This document shows, in pieces, positions 21,789 through 34,868 of a DNA stretch of 64,000 nt. Made by a program: the position numbers and the translations under genes. The stretch is from Cyanidioschyzon merolae. Taxonomy: Eukaryota. The notes beneath the pieces were generated by a model that saw nothing but the letters and a program-made list of their open reading frames with translations, was not told the origin of the DNA and did no database searches. Every line of letters begins with the position of its first letter. The stretch's first letter is position 1. The stretch lies in the NCBI GenBank assembly GCA_000091205.1, contig AP006492.2; one strand, written 5' to 3'.

Positions 21789-23159
21789 TCAGCGGTCGGC
21801 CTCGAGGTCCACAGGTACGCAGAGGCCATCATAGGCGAGCGCGACGTGGACTGGTCGACCATCCATCCGTCGTGATTCGGCGGCAGACCAGGCTGCAAGC
21901 CGTGCATTGTCTCGTTCGTGATCCCACATATGGGTCATGCCCGTAAAGAACGTATAGATTGGTCTCAGTTGCGTGACGAGTGCCAGCGCTTGCTGCTCGC
22001 AGAAATGCGACACATGGGATCCTGTGCCAGGATGCAGTGCATCAACGATGAGGATGCGGCAGCCTCGAATTGCGTCCATTGCTTTTGGTGGAATATAGCT
22101 TACATCGCTGAGGTAGACCACTTCGCCGAATCGAAATCCTAGGCATCCCTGGTCACGGCCGTGCTCAACAGGCACGGGAAGCAGGCTAATGCAGTCAGGT
22201 GCGGGTGCCAGTGCGGGTGCCGGCGTCAACCGATCCGACTGCAAGCTATTCGCTGCGTTGACGGATCGCGGATGCGTCGGGTAGAATCGCTGGTACGCTT
22301 CGATTTGATGAAAGCTTAGTTTTGGAACGAGTCCACTACCCGTGGCACGAGATGGCTCTACAAGGTACGGGAACGCACCGTGAACGCGTTCCAGAGTTGC
22401 GGCGTCGCCCCAGACGGGTATAGAGAGCGGACCGTCGCCATGTCGACGACCAATGTTCAGTGTCCAGTCGCGGAGATCATCGAGACCATTGGTGGCGTCA
22501 GCGTGTTCATGCGTCAGCACTACTGCATCGATCTGGCGCAGTCCAGTCGCTGGGAAGACATCAATCGCCGACTGGTAAAAGAACTTGCCAACATCAATAA
22601 CCACCGTCTCGTGGGTGCGTCCAGCGAGCAACTCCCTCCCCGCTTGCGTTCTGCGTCGTCTATGTATCGCCAGAGAGGTGTTCCGTCGACGGTTGGGCGA
22701 GTGCAGTCTTTCACTCGCATCGACACAGACGTGACACTGAGGCACCGGCTGCTCCGTCAAACAGGAGACTCGGGGTACACCCTCCGATGTTGCTGTACCC
22801 AGAAACACGATCCAGTCCTGATTCGGATAGTTTCGGAGGTTTATCCTCGCCCCGTAGTTTAAAGGCACTACACTGCCCTCTGCAGTGGCTGTCATTCCTC
22901 GCAGACGACCTCCAACGACCCGGTGGCCCGAGCGAGTCGTCTGCCAGCCGGCAGTCGGCACAAAGGCTGGAAAGCGCTCTCGCCGACGCTGCACCCCGTC
23001 TACCGTTTTGTCAGCGGAGAAACAAGTGTTCCGCAATTCGTTCACACTACAGTGCAACGTTGCTTTCCCAGCGTACTGTAGCAGACACGGAAGCACGCAT
23101 TCACCATATTCGCCTGAATGCGTGCCCCATTTCATGCGATGCGTGCCGCGCGGCGCCAT
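21789..23159 (-). CDS. Metallo-beta-lactamase-fold hydrolase (PhnP/ElaC-like)
   Basis: WIVFLGTATSEGVPRVSCL..C..CHVC matches the N-terminal Gly-rich motif plus zinc-binding Cys cluster of PhnP-type MBL proteins. AVVLTHEHADATNGLDDL is a degenerate HxHxD(H) motif. ATG at 23159. The N-terminal roughly 100 aa may be presequence or non-coding. Confidence 0.55.
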   Translation of the reverse strand: MAPRGTHRMKWGTHSGEYGECVLPCLLQYAGKATLHCSVNELRNTCFSADKTVDGVQRRRERFPAFVPTAGWQTTRSGHRVVGGRLRGMTATAEGSVVPLNYGARINLRNYPNQDWIVFLGTATSEGVPRVSCLTEQPVPQCHVCVDASERLHSPNRRRNTSLAIHRRRRTQAGRELLAGRTHETVVIDVGKFFYQSAIDVFPATGLRQIDAVVLTHEHADATNGLDDLRDWTLNIGRRHGDGPLSIPVWGDAATLERVHGAFPYLVEPSRATGSGLVPKLSFHQIEAYQRFYPTHPRSVNAANSLQSDRLTPAPALAPAPDCISLLPVPVEHGRDQGCLGFRFGEVVYLSDVSYIPPKAMDAIRGCRILIVDALHPGTGSHVSHFCEQQALALVTQLRPIYTFFTGMTHMWDHERDNARLAAWSAAESRRMDGRPVHVALAYDGLCVPVDLEADR

Positions 23160-23566
23160 TTCCGCGCGTTTTGCCCCACGATCGCTGCAGCGCCTCTGTG
23201 AATGGCGACTGCGCCGAACACGCCTGCCCCGCTAGCGATGCGCCTCCCGTGATGTGATGCAGCGCTGCGTTATCCATGCTGCCGCTGTCTATAGGCAGAT
23301 CGCACGCATGCATCGCATGCATCGCATCCCATGGAATGCGCTCGCGTGTCGGTGCGCTGGCTGCTCGGCGGTGACGGCGTCGGCGTCGACATCGGCGCGT
23401 GATGATGACACGCTGCCTCGATTCCCGACGGTGCACGATCGCGTGGGGCGCAGCGCGGCGCGGCACGACCGTGCATCGCGTCGTCGACCGCACGCGACTC
23501 GGCTACGTACGACTTCCACGCTTGAGGCCGGCGACTCCAGTAACGCATAATTTGAAAGCATTTTCC

Positions 23567-25870
23567 ATGTCCATCGCACATACTCTAGGTTTTCCTCGCT
23601 TTGGCGCTCATCGCGAACTCAAACAGGCACTGGAGCGCTTCTGGAGTGGCAAGAGCTCGCTCGCAGAGCTACTGGAGGCTGGAAAAGCGATCCGCGCAGC
23701 GCAGTGGTCAGCGGAGTCGCACGCTGGACTTGACTTTGTCACCGTGAATGACTTTTCCTTCTACGATCATGTTCTTGACGCGAGCGCTATGCTGGGTGTC
23801 GTCCCGGCTCGCTTTCGGGACGCAAAAGCGGCTGATGCAGACCTCGACGTTTACTTCCGAATGGCGCGTGGACGAAGCCAAGCCGGGTCTTCCAAAGCTG
23901 ACGTACCTGCTTGCGAAATGACCAAGTGGTTTGATACAAACTACCACTACATCGTACCGGAGCTAGAGGAAAACCAGCACTTTGCGATCTCGTCGCGGAA
24001 ACTCTTCGACGAGAGCGCAGAGGCACTTGCTGCTGGATATAGGCCGAAGCCGGTCATTCTTGGACCATTGACGTTTCTGTGGCTCTCAAAGAGCGCTGGC
24101 AAGGAATTTGATCGCCTTTCGCTTCTGAGTCGTCTGGTGCCCGTGTATGAGGAGGTTCTGCGATCGTTGGACGCGCGCATCGAATGGATCCAGCTGGACG
24201 AGCCGATCCTGGCCCTGGACCTTCCCCAAGCGTGGCGGACGGCGTTCCCACAGACCTACCAAGCATTGGCGCGTGCAACACAGAACCGCAAGCTGCTCGT
24301 GGCGACGTATTTTGGAGGCATTCTGGAAAATCTCGAGATCGCCACCGCACTGCCAGTGCATGGACTGCATATCGACGCAGTGCGCGCACCGGACCAACTG
24401 GATCAAGTCCACCAGCAATGGCCTCGCGAACGCGTTCTCTCTGTCGGTATGATTGACGGACGCAATATCTGGCGCACGAACTTGAACGAGGCGCTGAAGA
24501 AGCTCCAGCCTATCTACAAAGAGCGTGGCGATCAGCTCTGGATTGCACCAAGCTGTTCCCTGCTCCACACACCCGTAGACTTGAATAATGAGACTCGTCT
24601 TGATGAAGAACTCAAGTCTTGGCTCGCCTTTGCCGTTCAGAAACTAGAAGAGACGCACATCCTGAAGCAGGCGCTTGCATCGGGCCCCGATACCGTACGT
24701 GCAGCGCTCGACGCGAACGCCCATGCGATCGAGTCACGCCGCCGCTCGCCGCGCACGCGAAATCCGCTGGTGCGGAATCGCATCGCGAATATCACGGATG
24801 CCATGAAGCGGAGATCGCAGGCGTACGCGATGCGTGCGCAGGCGCAGCGGGAAAAACTGAAGCTGCCGCTGCTTCCGACGACAACGATCGGCTCGTTTCC
24901 TCAAACAGCAGAAATCCGTTCTATTCGACGACAGTATAAGAGCGGCAAAATTTCTGAGCAGGACTATGTGAAAGCGATGCGTCACGAGATCGAGCAAGTT
25001 GTCCAGAAACAAACGGAGCTTGATCTGGATGTGCTGGTGCACGGTGAGCCCGAGCGTAACGACATGGTTGAATACTTTGGTGAGTTGCTCGAGGGGTTTG
25101 CCTTTACCCAGAACGGATGGGTGCAGAGCTACGGCTCACGGGGCGTGAAACCACCGATTATCTATGGGGATGTTTCGCGCCCCGCTCCGATGACCGTGGA
25201 GTGGATTCGTTTTGCGCAGTCCCTGACATCGCGCCCGATGAAAGGCATGTTAACAGGACCCGTTACCATCCTGCAGTGGTCGTTTGTGCGTGATGATCAG
25301 CCGCGCTCGGACACCGCGTTCCAAATCGCACTGGCGCTTCGGAACGAAGTGAGCGATCTGGAGGCTGCGGGTATTAACGTGATTCAAATCGATGAACCGG
25401 CGCTGCGGGAAGGTCTACCTCTGAAGGCCTCTCAGCGTGACGCGTATCTCAAATGGGCCGTCGATGCATTCCGCCTCTCCTCTGGTGGCGCAGCCCCGAG
25501 CACGCAAATTCACACTCACATGTGCTACGCGGAATTCAATGAAATCATTGAATCGATCGCTGCGCTGGACGCGGATGTGATCTCCATCGAGTCATCTCGC
25601 TCGCGCATGGAGCTGCTGGAAGTATTCCAGCGCTTCGAATACCCGAATGAGATCGGACCCGGCGTATACGACATTCACTCACCTCGTGTTCCGAGCAAGG
25701 AGGAAATCAGCGAGCTCCTTCACGCAGCGGCGCGATACATCCCCGTGTCGCGGCTCTGGGTGAACCCTGACTGCGGTTTGAAAACGCGTGGCTGGCCCGA
25801 AGTCATGGAGTCGCTCGCAAACATGGTCGCAGTGGCCAAGGCTATGCGCGCCGAATATGGGAAAGAGTAG
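23567..25870 (+). CDS. metE: 5-methyltetrahydropteroyltriglutamate--homocysteine S-methyltransferase (cobalamin-independent methionine synthase)
   Basis: The 768-aa product starts [13 protein letters not shown] and shows collinear MetE hallmarks: RELK, IPVLVGPLTFL-like [28 protein letters not shown], GxQSYGSR and the C-terminal zinc-binding region HTHMCY..E. The upstream in-frame ORF extension (from 23399) lacks homology; the ATG is at 23567. Confidence 0.95.
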   Translation: MSIAHTLGFPRFGAHRELKQALERFWSGKSSLAELLEAGKAIRAAQWSAESHAGLDFVTVNDFSFYDHVLDASAMLGVVPARFRDAKAADADLDVYFRMARGRSQAGSSKADVPACEMTKWFDTNYHYIVPELEENQHFAISSRKLFDESAEALAAGYRPKPVILGPLTFLWLSKSAGKEFDRLSLLSRLVPVYEEVLRSLDARIEWIQLDEPILALDLPQAWRTAFPQTYQALARATQNRKLLVATYFGGILENLEIATALPVHGLHIDAVRAPDQLDQVHQQWPRERVLSVGMIDGRNIWRTNLNEALKKLQPIYKERGDQLWIAPSCSLLHTPVDLNNETRLDEELKSWLAFAVQKLEETHILKQALASGPDTVRAALDANAHAIESRRRSPRTRNPLVRNRIANITDAMKRRSQAYAMRAQAQREKLKLPLLPTTTIGSFPQTAEIRSIRRQYKSGKISEQDYVKAMRHEIEQVVQKQTELDLDVLVHGEPERNDMVEYFGELLEGFAFTQNGWVQSYGSRGVKPPIIYGDVSRPAPMTVEWIRFAQSLTSRPMKGMLTGPVTILQWSFVRDDQPRSDTAFQIALALRNEVSDLEAAGINVIQIDEPALREGLPLKASQRDAYLKWAVDAFRLSSGGAAPSTQIHTHMCYAEFNEIIESIAALDADVISIESSRSRMELLEVFQRFEYPNEIGPGVYDIHSPRVPSKEEISELLHAAARYIPVSRLWVNPDCGLKTRGWPEVMESLANMVAVAKAMRAEYGKE

Positions 25871-27104
25871 CAAAGACCGCAACGCGAATGAGCCTGCTTC
25901 TCCGTCGGGCGCAGGACACGGTGCGGCAGGCCAGCACGCCGCCATGCAGACCGTGGCATCGGCGTATAGGAAATAGACAGAGTTAGCACGGCATGGACAT
26001 GGTTTAAAATTAACCGATCAGCTATGGACTTTTATACAGACGCACATACGACATCCCTGCATTGCTCCAGCGTCTCGTTTTGTTGCATCATGTCGAGCAT
26101 GCAGGATATCAGCGCTCGCTCAGAGACGGGAACCATCGTTGCCGCCGCGCCCAAAGCCGTGTCGGTGCTGACGGTGGCGCTTCTCGAAGCCGGCATGCTG
26201 CCTGACCTGCCATCAAGTGCTGCGGTTCAGGTTTTCGCATAGAAATCGTTTCGGTTTTGTTCGTGAGGAGCTCAGGGATTCTGAGGCACATGTGTCAAAG
26301 TCGAGTGGCGGTTTTCCGTGCGACGCTGCCACAGTGCCCGCCCAAAGACTGCCACGCGCAGCGATGCTTGGTATCCGCTCTGAGACGGAAGCGTATGTGC
26401 TTGGAGAGGCCCGCCTTCGAGCGACGCCAGCAGTGGAGCGGCATGATCGGAGGCTCGGCTTGCACGTCGACGCATCGGATATCGTGAAATGTGTCGATCG
26501 AGGCAGGTTTAAAGGTTTCGAAACAGCTAGTGTACGCCCAGCACCAGCATGAACAAAAGTGTGTCCCACGCCCTCGGGGGCTAAACAAGCCCACAGGCTC
26601 GGAGCTCGAAAGCGCACGTCGCTCCAGTGCCCATGGGTGCCTGGTCAACGCGTTCACGACGAAGACGCCGAGTACCAGCGGACTGCTCGTGTCCGGCGAT
26701 CGCGCTGCATGGCATCGACACCGACGCTTGGTGTAGCGTCGTGATCGCTTTTTGCGGCGACGGCGACGGCGGCGTATACAGTCATGTTACAACGTCCGTC
26801 TAACGCAGGCACAGCGTCGCGGACGTCAGTAAAGCATCGAGCTGGCCTCGATTCCGACGGGCGTTCCTACTGCGAGGTTTGCGAAACGCTCACGCATCTA
26901 CAGAGGAACAGCGATGTTGTTGTCTCGTCACCCGAAGCATGAGCGCATTCAAAAGATTCTGGTTCGACTCAGCGATCGTAGACCATGAAGGTACGCCATG
27001 TTCCCAGCGGATGGCGGTTGGACTGCCGCCCTGCACGCCACCGATGTCACATGGCGGGTGAGCGGGGGCGCATCTGCGCTTCACCGCCAGCCGCCAGCCG
27101 GTAT

Positions 27105-28010
27105 TCAGCGGTCCATCATTGATGCAACAGCTACTTCGATCCCGGGACCCTGTGTGCGACTCAGGGTTGCCCCTAGCAAATAACGGCGGCGAACAGTGTC
27201 AGGCTTCACGCGTAGCAGATGCTGCACGACGGCCATGACATTGTCCTGGATGCGCTCCGGGCCAAAGGATACCTTACCTACAGGAACGTGGACCTGCCCG
27301 TAGGCGTCTGTTCGGAACTGCACTGAGGATAGCGCCATATCGACCAGGTCTCCTATTTCGACGCCGACAGTGCCCAGTTTTTCGCTGGGAACCAGACCAC
27401 GGGGACCCAGCTGACGTGCGACGCGCGCCACATAGGACAGTGCCTCTGGCGTTGCCAAACAGCGCTCAAAGGTTATCCCGTTGGTTTGAATATGGCTGAC
27501 CAGTTCCGCTGCCCCGACCAGCGCTGCACCGTGAGCACGCGCCTCCTCGGCCTCGGACGGAAGCGTCGTAAAGACCGCGACGCGGGGCACTTTCGGCACC
27601 CCGGCCGGCAAGCGAACCAGTCCGCGCAGGTTGTGTTCAGGTTTGCGCACGTCAAGATTCAGCTGGACGCAGAGGTCTACGGTCTCGTCAAAACGCTTCC
27701 GCGCATTTACCAGACAAGCGTCGATCGCATCCCGCAAGTTACGCGGCTCTTCATAGGTGTCCGCCAGCGCTGTTCGGTGTGCGTGTGCGGAGCTCAGCGT
27801 CCGCAGCCCTGGGTGCGGGCATTTCAACTCTCTGCACTCTGGATGAAAAGAGGTGCGATGTTGTGCGAAAACGCCACGAAGTTGGCTTCGCAAAAGAGTG
27901 CGGTATAGAATGCCCATGCAGGGCACGTTGCTTGCTGGGGTTCCGTTCGTGCAGAACAGCGCGCGCATTGCGACGCTGGCATGCAATCGACAAGCTGCGC
28001 GAAGCGCCAT
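27105..28010 (-). CDS. Mitochondrial ribosomal protein uL1 (L1 family)
   Basis: The C-terminal region ...SVQFRTDAYGQVHVPVGKVSFGPERIQDNVMAV... matches the L1 family signature (hhGKhSF). The Arg-rich N-terminus MALRAACRLHASVAMRALF looks like a mitochondrial presequence. The reported ORF begins at 28022 with GTG; the first ATG is at 28010. Confidence 0.7.
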   Translation of the reverse strand: MALRAACRLHASVAMRALFCTNGTPASNVPCMGILYRTLLRSQLRGVFAQHRTSFHPECRELKCPHPGLRTLSSAHAHRTALADTYEEPRNLRDAIDACLVNARKRFDETVDLCVQLNLDVRKPEHNLRGLVRLPAGVPKVPRVAVFTTLPSEAEEARAHGAALVGAAELVSHIQTNGITFERCLATPEALSYVARVARQLGPRGLVPSEKLGTVGVEIGDLVDMALSSVQFRTDAYGQVHVPVGKVSFGPERIQDNVMAVVQHLLRVKPDTVRRRYLLGATLSRTQGPGIEVAVASMMDR

Positions 28011-31000
28011 TGCATGCACCACAACGCTTTATATACCATTTTCCGCGGCGCTTTCGCATTCAGTGCCGGGCATCCCGTGAGGTGTGCAGGTGCCGCTGCC
28101 CAGCGGCGAACACCTTTGGCGCAAACAAGACCGAAGCGTTTTGTCGCCCGATGGATAGCGCGTTCGCCTCCTAAGCGAAAGGTTGCGGGTTCGAGTCGTC
28201 ACCGCCTGCACTGTTTCTTTGTCTAGCGCTGGAGCGATGGCGACTGTCCAGAGCCTCTTATCGTGTTTCGAATCGATGGTGTTCTACCCGTCAGTGTGTG
28301 GAACCTGCTGCTTCTTTATGGTTTATTGAAAATGTGTTTGCGGCGCGTTCATTTCGAAGAAATAAAAAACCAAACGGAACGGTATGGACGAACAAATCGA
28401 GGATCCTGGTGGACCGGTGTCGCCGGCTGCCGGACAAAAATACGAAACAAAATCCTCTTCTCGCCGACCACTGAGCGAAGCAGAGCAAGTGACGAAGAAG
28501 AAGTCGTAGCAGAGGGGATACGGGCGAGAAAAGGTTTTTGCCCGGCAGGACGATGACGAGACTTTAGTGGCACAGAGGGCTCAAGTTCCAGCAATCCTTG
28601 CATTGATGATTCTCACCAGCATCCATTCACGCGAGCAGTTCGTGAGCCGGCACTTCAATGCCGCCACCGATATCACGAGATATGCGGTGCTGAAGGAAAC
28701 ACACGAGGAGCTGACGCGATCCAACCTCTTTGGCTGGCCTTCGATGCTCGAAGCTTTCCTTGATGAACTGCAACCGAAAGCAGGCGGCCAGTGAACCAAG
28801 GCTTGCAAGCGTCTGTGAGCGGCCAGATATATGGAAGCTTACGAGCTGACGCTCTCGGGGGCCCGGCAGAACCGTTCTTTAGCCACGGTACGACCGCGCT
28901 GGTGCTCTAGGCGCTATCTTGAACGATCAGGACAGGTACTCGGCGCACAGGATAGAACATACGAAACGACCAGTATATCCTTGGATATGTATGGGTCAGG
29001 GAAGTTGGATGTTGGGCCCGGGCAACGACGGATGCTTCACCGCGCGCCCGTATCGAGCGCCAAGTCCGGGAACGCTGGACTCTGCGATCGTTTTGTCCAA
29101 TTATAGACAACTGCGCGTCGCTCACACATTCGACGTTTTCGAGACCTGAACATTTCCGTGCAACGGACGCCTGAATTCGATGAGACTTCGCAGGGCGGCG
29201 AATGCTGGAGATCCTGTCTCAGCACGCCTTTCTTGATTTGGTTTGTTTTTCTTACAGGTATTCATCGCAAGGTGCGTGTGTTTTGTATCGGGGAGAGGTA
29301 CCGCAAGAAGACTGCATGTTGTCGCTGGGGGCTCGCGAAAGAAAGCCTCAGTTGTACGAGTCGGTCATTCTACGGTAAGCGAATGGATGAACCTTCTTTC
29401 GCATGGTTTATATCCAGAACCTCGTGAACGCAGGAAAGAACTTTTCAAATCCTGTCTAGACAAGTGTCTGCTCTTCATTTCATTCCGTATGTTTTCCAAG
29501 AATTACGGAATGAAAGGCTGTAAGATGTAAAAATTACGTACCACTGGCACGAACAGCGATAAAGCGAAACGGATGGACATCGAACAGAGTGCGCCTCTAC
29601 AGGACATCGTCGCCTCTTGCATCATACGTCATCGATTTATGGACGGAAATGCAGACGCTTATGCAACAAGGGACAGGTGCTCGTCGCACTCGATGAAAAC
29701 GCACTCACAAGCAATCATAGATATGTTGATGGGCGCTCAACAGGCGGCACACCGCTGTCTGCAAAGTAGAGGCAAGCGTGCTGTCCTACGGCACCAGCCC
29801 CGGTGGCGACGCAGTGATTTCGTCACTTGCAGAGCGCCGAATGGGCAGAATCATTCGATAAAGCGCAATTCGTGGTCATATTCTTCCACATTCCAAAGTC
29901 CATCTCTTGAACAACGTTGCTTTACATGAACCAGATGCCGTCGACGAGTACGCAGCTGAGATTGGTGTTGAGCTGCTCCTCGTACCAGCCTGATCTCCCT
30001 GCTCGAATCCGATCGAAGGTAGCTTTGGCGTTGTTCAGCGCCATGTTGATGCTCACGGATCAGTCGAAGCGTGGTTCGCATCCTTGACACCATTCGAAGA
30101 CAAGTCGTTCTGTGGTTTCACCAGTCCTGAAGTGTTCCATCGCTTCTGTGCTTGAGGGCGAGACGGAGCGGACAGCCGTGCCTTCACCACAGGACGTACT
30201 CCCGATGGAGCAAGTGAGCAACAGGTATTTGGGGATATTTCGATACGCAGAGACAATTGGCGGGATTCAGCCGCAGTCTTCCTCCGAGAGCTCGCCGCAC
30301 CCGAGAAGAACCTGATTTGAAGTACCTGGTCCATATCCATGCTGCCCCATCAAGTAAAAGCAATAGAGACGAATGCACCGGACAATGAAGAGAAACACAT
30401 GACGGAAACGAGGATAAGGAGTGGCAAGCAACATACACTTTCGGAACGAAAACATTTGTCTGGAGCCATTACCAAGGCCTCGCTATTAAACAAACACCAA
30501 CGGAGAGCATCTTCCGAAACGAGAGATGCAGGACGCCACCAGGTATCGTGCGGCTTTGTGCTCGAGTGAGGCGCGCGTCGCGTCCGTCGCCTTGACATAT
30601 CTCCACAAGTAACTGCTCGTACAAATTCCCGACACCGGGATGCTACTATTTCACATTCCTCTGGAATCCTGCGATCAAACCTTCATGAGAAAGTGCAACG
30701 AGTGCACGCGCCATAGGATGCAAGACTGCCAGCTCGTGGAGTGAGGGCTTTGCAAATGCGCGCTCCCGAATACCACGACGTGTCGCTGTGCAACGTCGTC
30801 GATGGATACATCTCCAGCAGAGGTGTCAAAAGCATGAAACCACCCTCGAAAACCATTTGCGGGTGCGTATTCAGCGGTTCAGGAAGCGCACCCCGCAGGC
30901 GGTGCACGCTCACGACCACGGCGGTACCGGCTCCGAAAAGTGAGGCCAAATCGAATGGATTCTTCAGATCTGCATGGGGGCAAATGACGAGCCGCTGGTG

Positions 31001-32661
31001 ACCCAAGAGACCGAGGTGCTAGCGAGCGCGTCCGAAAGAGATATCCCAACGAGAGCGGGAGTCGCTCGAGAGCCTGTAAACGTTTCCTGTTGCTCTGGGC
31101 ATCGAATCGACAAAAACCGAATCCCGAAAATGCTTGGAGCGAGATGCCTGGCTCGATTCCAAGCTGTGCAACAATATGATCCTGGGTGGAGCCGTCCAGA
31201 GCAGGGCAGCGTTCTTCCCTGTATCCGAGCGGCCTTGGCTGCTCAAGCCCCTAATGCATGTGTTCCCTATTTGTCCGATCAAGGCGCATTACACCACATG
31301 AGTCTTTTGTGTACTATTTTGGTATCCTCACTGAGCTTTGACTAGTCCCTGCGACAGATCCGCGTGAAGCATTGGCAGAGGACGTTCAAGGTTTCTCGTT
31401 TAATGTGAGGAAACCGAAAGAATTCTACAGGGATAACGATTACCTACGGAGTATGCACCTGAATGCACATCATGAAACCTAGGCCTGAGTCCGTCAGCGA
31501 GACTCCCTTTTGACCGTTCAAGGTAGACGACGAGCAAGACTTTGAGGTGGTCGTGGACCGCGCGTTGAAGAACATCATACCCGTCGCCCTACATCGAATT
31601 ACGGAGGACCGTCGCGGTAACAACACGAATGGGAAGCATAGGAAACTGCTCCAATTTCCCGGAGCACCGTATTATCGAGATTCGGGTATGACAGACGCCA
31701 GGAGGTATACCACCAGATCGGAATGACTGCGCCAGAATCCCCGTGTCGACGCTCTGTGCACCGCCTCGAGCAGAGCGACATGCTTGATGGACCCCATTCA
31801 AAACGTTCGTCGCCGTCCACATGGGTCATGCCGGTCAGCTGCAGCAGGCGTACGCCAAACCGCCCTGGGATCGCCAACAGCCTCGGCAGTGCCGAAGCAG
31901 GAACCGTGCTCTTTCCAACATGTTCATGAGTTCGCAAAAGGATATGGCGGAACAGTCGCATTGTTCGGTCGTGGCGGTTGTGGCGATGGCAGTGATACCC
32001 CATGGCGCTTGAGGTTGCGTAGCGCGCACGCCCGCTCCGTCGACGAGCCCATACACTGAATGGAGGAATCGATTCTATATGATTTCCGTCCAGGCGTTCA
32101 AGGTTTCATATGTGCATCGCAAGCACGGGTGCCTCCTGAACCCGGTAGACAACAATCGCGTGAACCAGAGACTAATGGAAGAAATCGTGCTCGAGAAGCG
32201 ATTCGAATGTCAGTCGGCAAGGCAATCGAAAGTGAATAGCCTACCATTGCATGCTTCCACCGGCAAGCAGGCGTGCAAGCACGTACTGCAACGAGACTCG
32301 AACGCCGCGAACGACGTTCGGACATGTATCGCAGTGCCGCAGCACCCAGCGGCTTTGGGTCAAGCGGTCTTTCGCTGGAATCGCTTGGTATTTCAGGGAA
32401 ACAGGCTTCTGAAACGCCCTAGACTCGCGATTCACATAAACTCAGCGTCCACGAGCCAAGGCGTCGAATTCGCCCTTCATGATCGCCCTGCTATGGTACG
32501 GTGGTGCAGCAATGCCGCACGGCTTCAGCGCCCATTGTACATTCGCATTCGGAACAGGTTTCCGGGACAACTGACATCCAGTCATGGTCTTCCATGATAC
32601 CCGATGACAACGTATACCATGAACGATGCAGCGTATTCCAGAAGCACATGGAAGCGGACGT

Positions 32662-34713
32662 TTACAGAGGATGCGCTGCCGCTACCTGCAACCACTCTCC
32701 CAGAACAGAATGCAGAGCAGCGAGGCTACCCAGAGGTACGCGAATACGCTGGTTTTTCGGATCGGTAATTTCGAGATGCGTCGGTGCTCGTGTGCCGGTC
32801 GACTGTTGGGTGTCGCCGACCTGGTTAGCGACCAACTCCACTTTGACGCTGGAGGTTTCATCAACCGGAATTTGAACCGGTCCGTGCACAAGCGACGCCG
32901 ATGTGTTCCCCAATGCCAGATTCATATCTACAGGGGCAAGGCCGCTGGTCGGTGCCGCCGTTGGTGGCGCCGGGGTGGGGGGGGGGGGCACGGGGGGCCA
33001 ATTCCGCCGGCGGTGTTGGCGCCGACACGCGGCCGCTTCGGCTAGCGACGCTGCCGGCACGCTGGTGGCCACGGGCGCCGCTGGCACTGAAGGTGCAGCT
33101 CCTGCGGTGCCAGGCGCTGCGGGCGGAGGCGGCGGTGGTCCCATGGACGTGTAGAGCGCAGACGGCATGCCTGGTGGTCCAGCACCCGGAGGAAACATCG
33201 GGTACGCGATCGCGGGGGCAGCGCCTGGCGCGAACGCCATGATATTCGGGTTCGCAGCCAAATGCAGCGTCATCTCCGCATACCGACACATCTCGTGAAC
33301 AGAGTCTCGAAACGCTGCCAGGCCAGTTGCCGGTACAACAATGCTACTGCGTTTGTTGCTGCCGGCGCTCTGGGATATTTTCAGATATTTCCCTTTTGCA
33401 TTGCTTAGCAGATCAAAGTAGTATTTCTTGGTTTCGACGCGCATCGTCGCCGAGGCCAGGGTTGTCGGCAGGCCCGTGGCGGGAATCTCGACGAGTTGTC
33501 CTTCGATAACGGCGCTTTGCGGGGTACCCGAGGCAACCGCCTCTGCCCCGAGTGCTGCGAGGACTGCTTCGCGCTCTTTCTGAGGAGTGCTCGTCTGGCC
33601 GTCGACCTCGTCGGAAGAGCCCTCAGATCCACGTTGTCCATCACCATCGGCCTCGGAGGGTGCGTCCGAGCTGGGCAGGGCGGGCGGCTCGCTGCTCTCG
33701 GGTGCGGCTGTCGCTGGCGTGCTCGGCGCTTCTGCGCGCTGCTCGCTTTGATATTCCTTCCTGGATTCAGCAACCATGTTATCTAGGATGGTCTTGAACT
33801 GGCCCAGACCGTACGCAGGGATGATGATTTTGCTGCGAGAGCCTTTCGCTTCCGCTTCGGCAATTTTCAGGAAGGCGCCGCGCTCGTTAGCGCGCAAGTC
33901 AAAATAGAAGCGCTTCAGCTCAATTTGGAGGGTGCAGGTGGCCAGCTCCTCACCGACGTGATGTGCAACAGCATTCATACCGGAGCGAGGTCCATTGCGC
34001 ATCTGACGAGTCCGATGTGCACCGGGACCCATACCGTTCAACAGCGGCATTGCGTTCATTGTTTGCGAGAACTGTTCGCCCATACGGACACCGTACGGCA
34101 GCGCGGCGGATTCATGATGCGAACCCATTCCCGCTGTCATATCGCTCATCATGGTCATGTAGGACCCGGGTGCATAGAAAGCATTCATATGCGGTGCCGA
34201 CTGGGAAAACGTGGACCGCAGGCGAGCGTGCCCCGAGGTGGACGCCTCCTGGCTGTTTCCCGTGGACACTGAGGTGGCGTCCGTGCTCGGTGCGTCTGCT
34301 CGTCGCCGCTCTTTTTCAGGCGATGCGGAAGTCGCACCACCGGTGCTATCTGATTGTTCTGGTGTCATCGTCGCATCAGGCTTGCCGCCCGCGTTCGCAT
34401 TGATGTTGCTTTTGCCTCGGACGCTCGAGCCGTTCGACCGCGTCAGAGCCGGAAAGTCCTCCTCAACATAAACAGCACCTGGAACTTGTCGTGGAGCCTG
34501 GTCCCCCATTTCATTGAAAGCACGCATCGCTCCTGACCCGCGACTTGCCCGCTGCGGCTTGACTGCTCGCGCACCGACGTTGTAGTAGTTCCCAGTGCCA
34601 CTCATACTGACGTGAACACCTGCGCGTTGCGGTTGCCCTGTTCCTAAAGCGCTGTTACCACCGTTCCAATTGACGCGCTTGAGGAGCTCACACGGTTTCG
34701 AGCTGCAACACAC
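32662..34713 (-). CDS. PUR-alpha-like single-stranded nucleic-acid-binding protein with extensive Pro/Gly/Ala/Met-rich low-complexity regions
   Basis: Two clear PUR repeats: LQIELKRFYFDLRANERGAFLKIAEAE..SKIIIPAYGLGQFKTILDNM and MRVETKKYYFDLLSNAKGKYLKISQSAGSNKRSSIVVPATGLAAFRDSVHEM. A possible third lies near the C-terminus. The ORF opens with GTG at 34713; the first ATG is at 34605. It contains a G10 homopolymer (poly-Pro on the coding strand). Confidence 0.6.
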   Translation of the reverse strand: MCCSSKPCELLKRVNWNGGNSALGTGQPQRAGVHVSMSGTGNYYNVGARAVKPQRASRGSGAMRAFNEMGDQAPRQVPGAVYVEEDFPALTRSNGSSVRGKSNINANAGGKPDATMTPEQSDSTGGATSASPEKERRRADAPSTDATSVSTGNSQEASTSGHARLRSTFSQSAPHMNAFYAPGSYMTMMSDMTAGMGSHHESAALPYGVRMGEQFSQTMNAMPLLNGMGPGAHRTRQMRNGPRSGMNAVAHHVGEELATCTLQIELKRFYFDLRANERGAFLKIAEAEAKGSRSKIIIPAYGLGQFKTILDNMVAESRKEYQSEQRAEAPSTPATAAPESSEPPALPSSDAPSEADGDGQRGSEGSSDEVDGQTSTPQKEREAVLAALGAEAVASGTPQSAVIEGQLVEIPATGLPTTLASATMRVETKKYYFDLLSNAKGKYLKISQSAGSNKRSSIVVPATGLAAFRDSVHEMCRYAEMTLHLAANPNIMAFAPGAAPAIAYPMFPPGAGPPGMPSALYTSMGPPPPPPAAPGTAGAAPSVPAAPVATSVPAASLAEAAACRRQHRRRNWPPVPPPPTPAPPTAAPTSGLAPVDMNLALGNTSASLVHGPVQIPVDETSSVKVELVANQVGDTQQSTGTRAPTHLEITDPKNQRIRVPLGSLAALHSVLGEWLQVAAAHPL

Positions 34714-34868
34714 AACACCAACTGGCGACTAGTACCGACCTTCTCTGATAGGTTGCAGCGTTTCCCACCGCTTCTGTCCGTCCGGTATTCGCAGTGTCCG
34801 AGGAGAGCTCCAGGCCCTGTGGCGGCCTCGAATGGCTCGGCGTACACGACAGCGAGCCCGGCGCCCTG

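Noticed and set aside
28140-28215. tRNA-like T-loop sequence (GCGGGTTCGAGTCGTCACCGCC)
   Set aside because: I could not fold the flanking sequence into a cloverleaf. The T-stem does not pair, and no acceptor stem, D-arm or anticodon-arm arrangement is visible. This is probably chance similarity.
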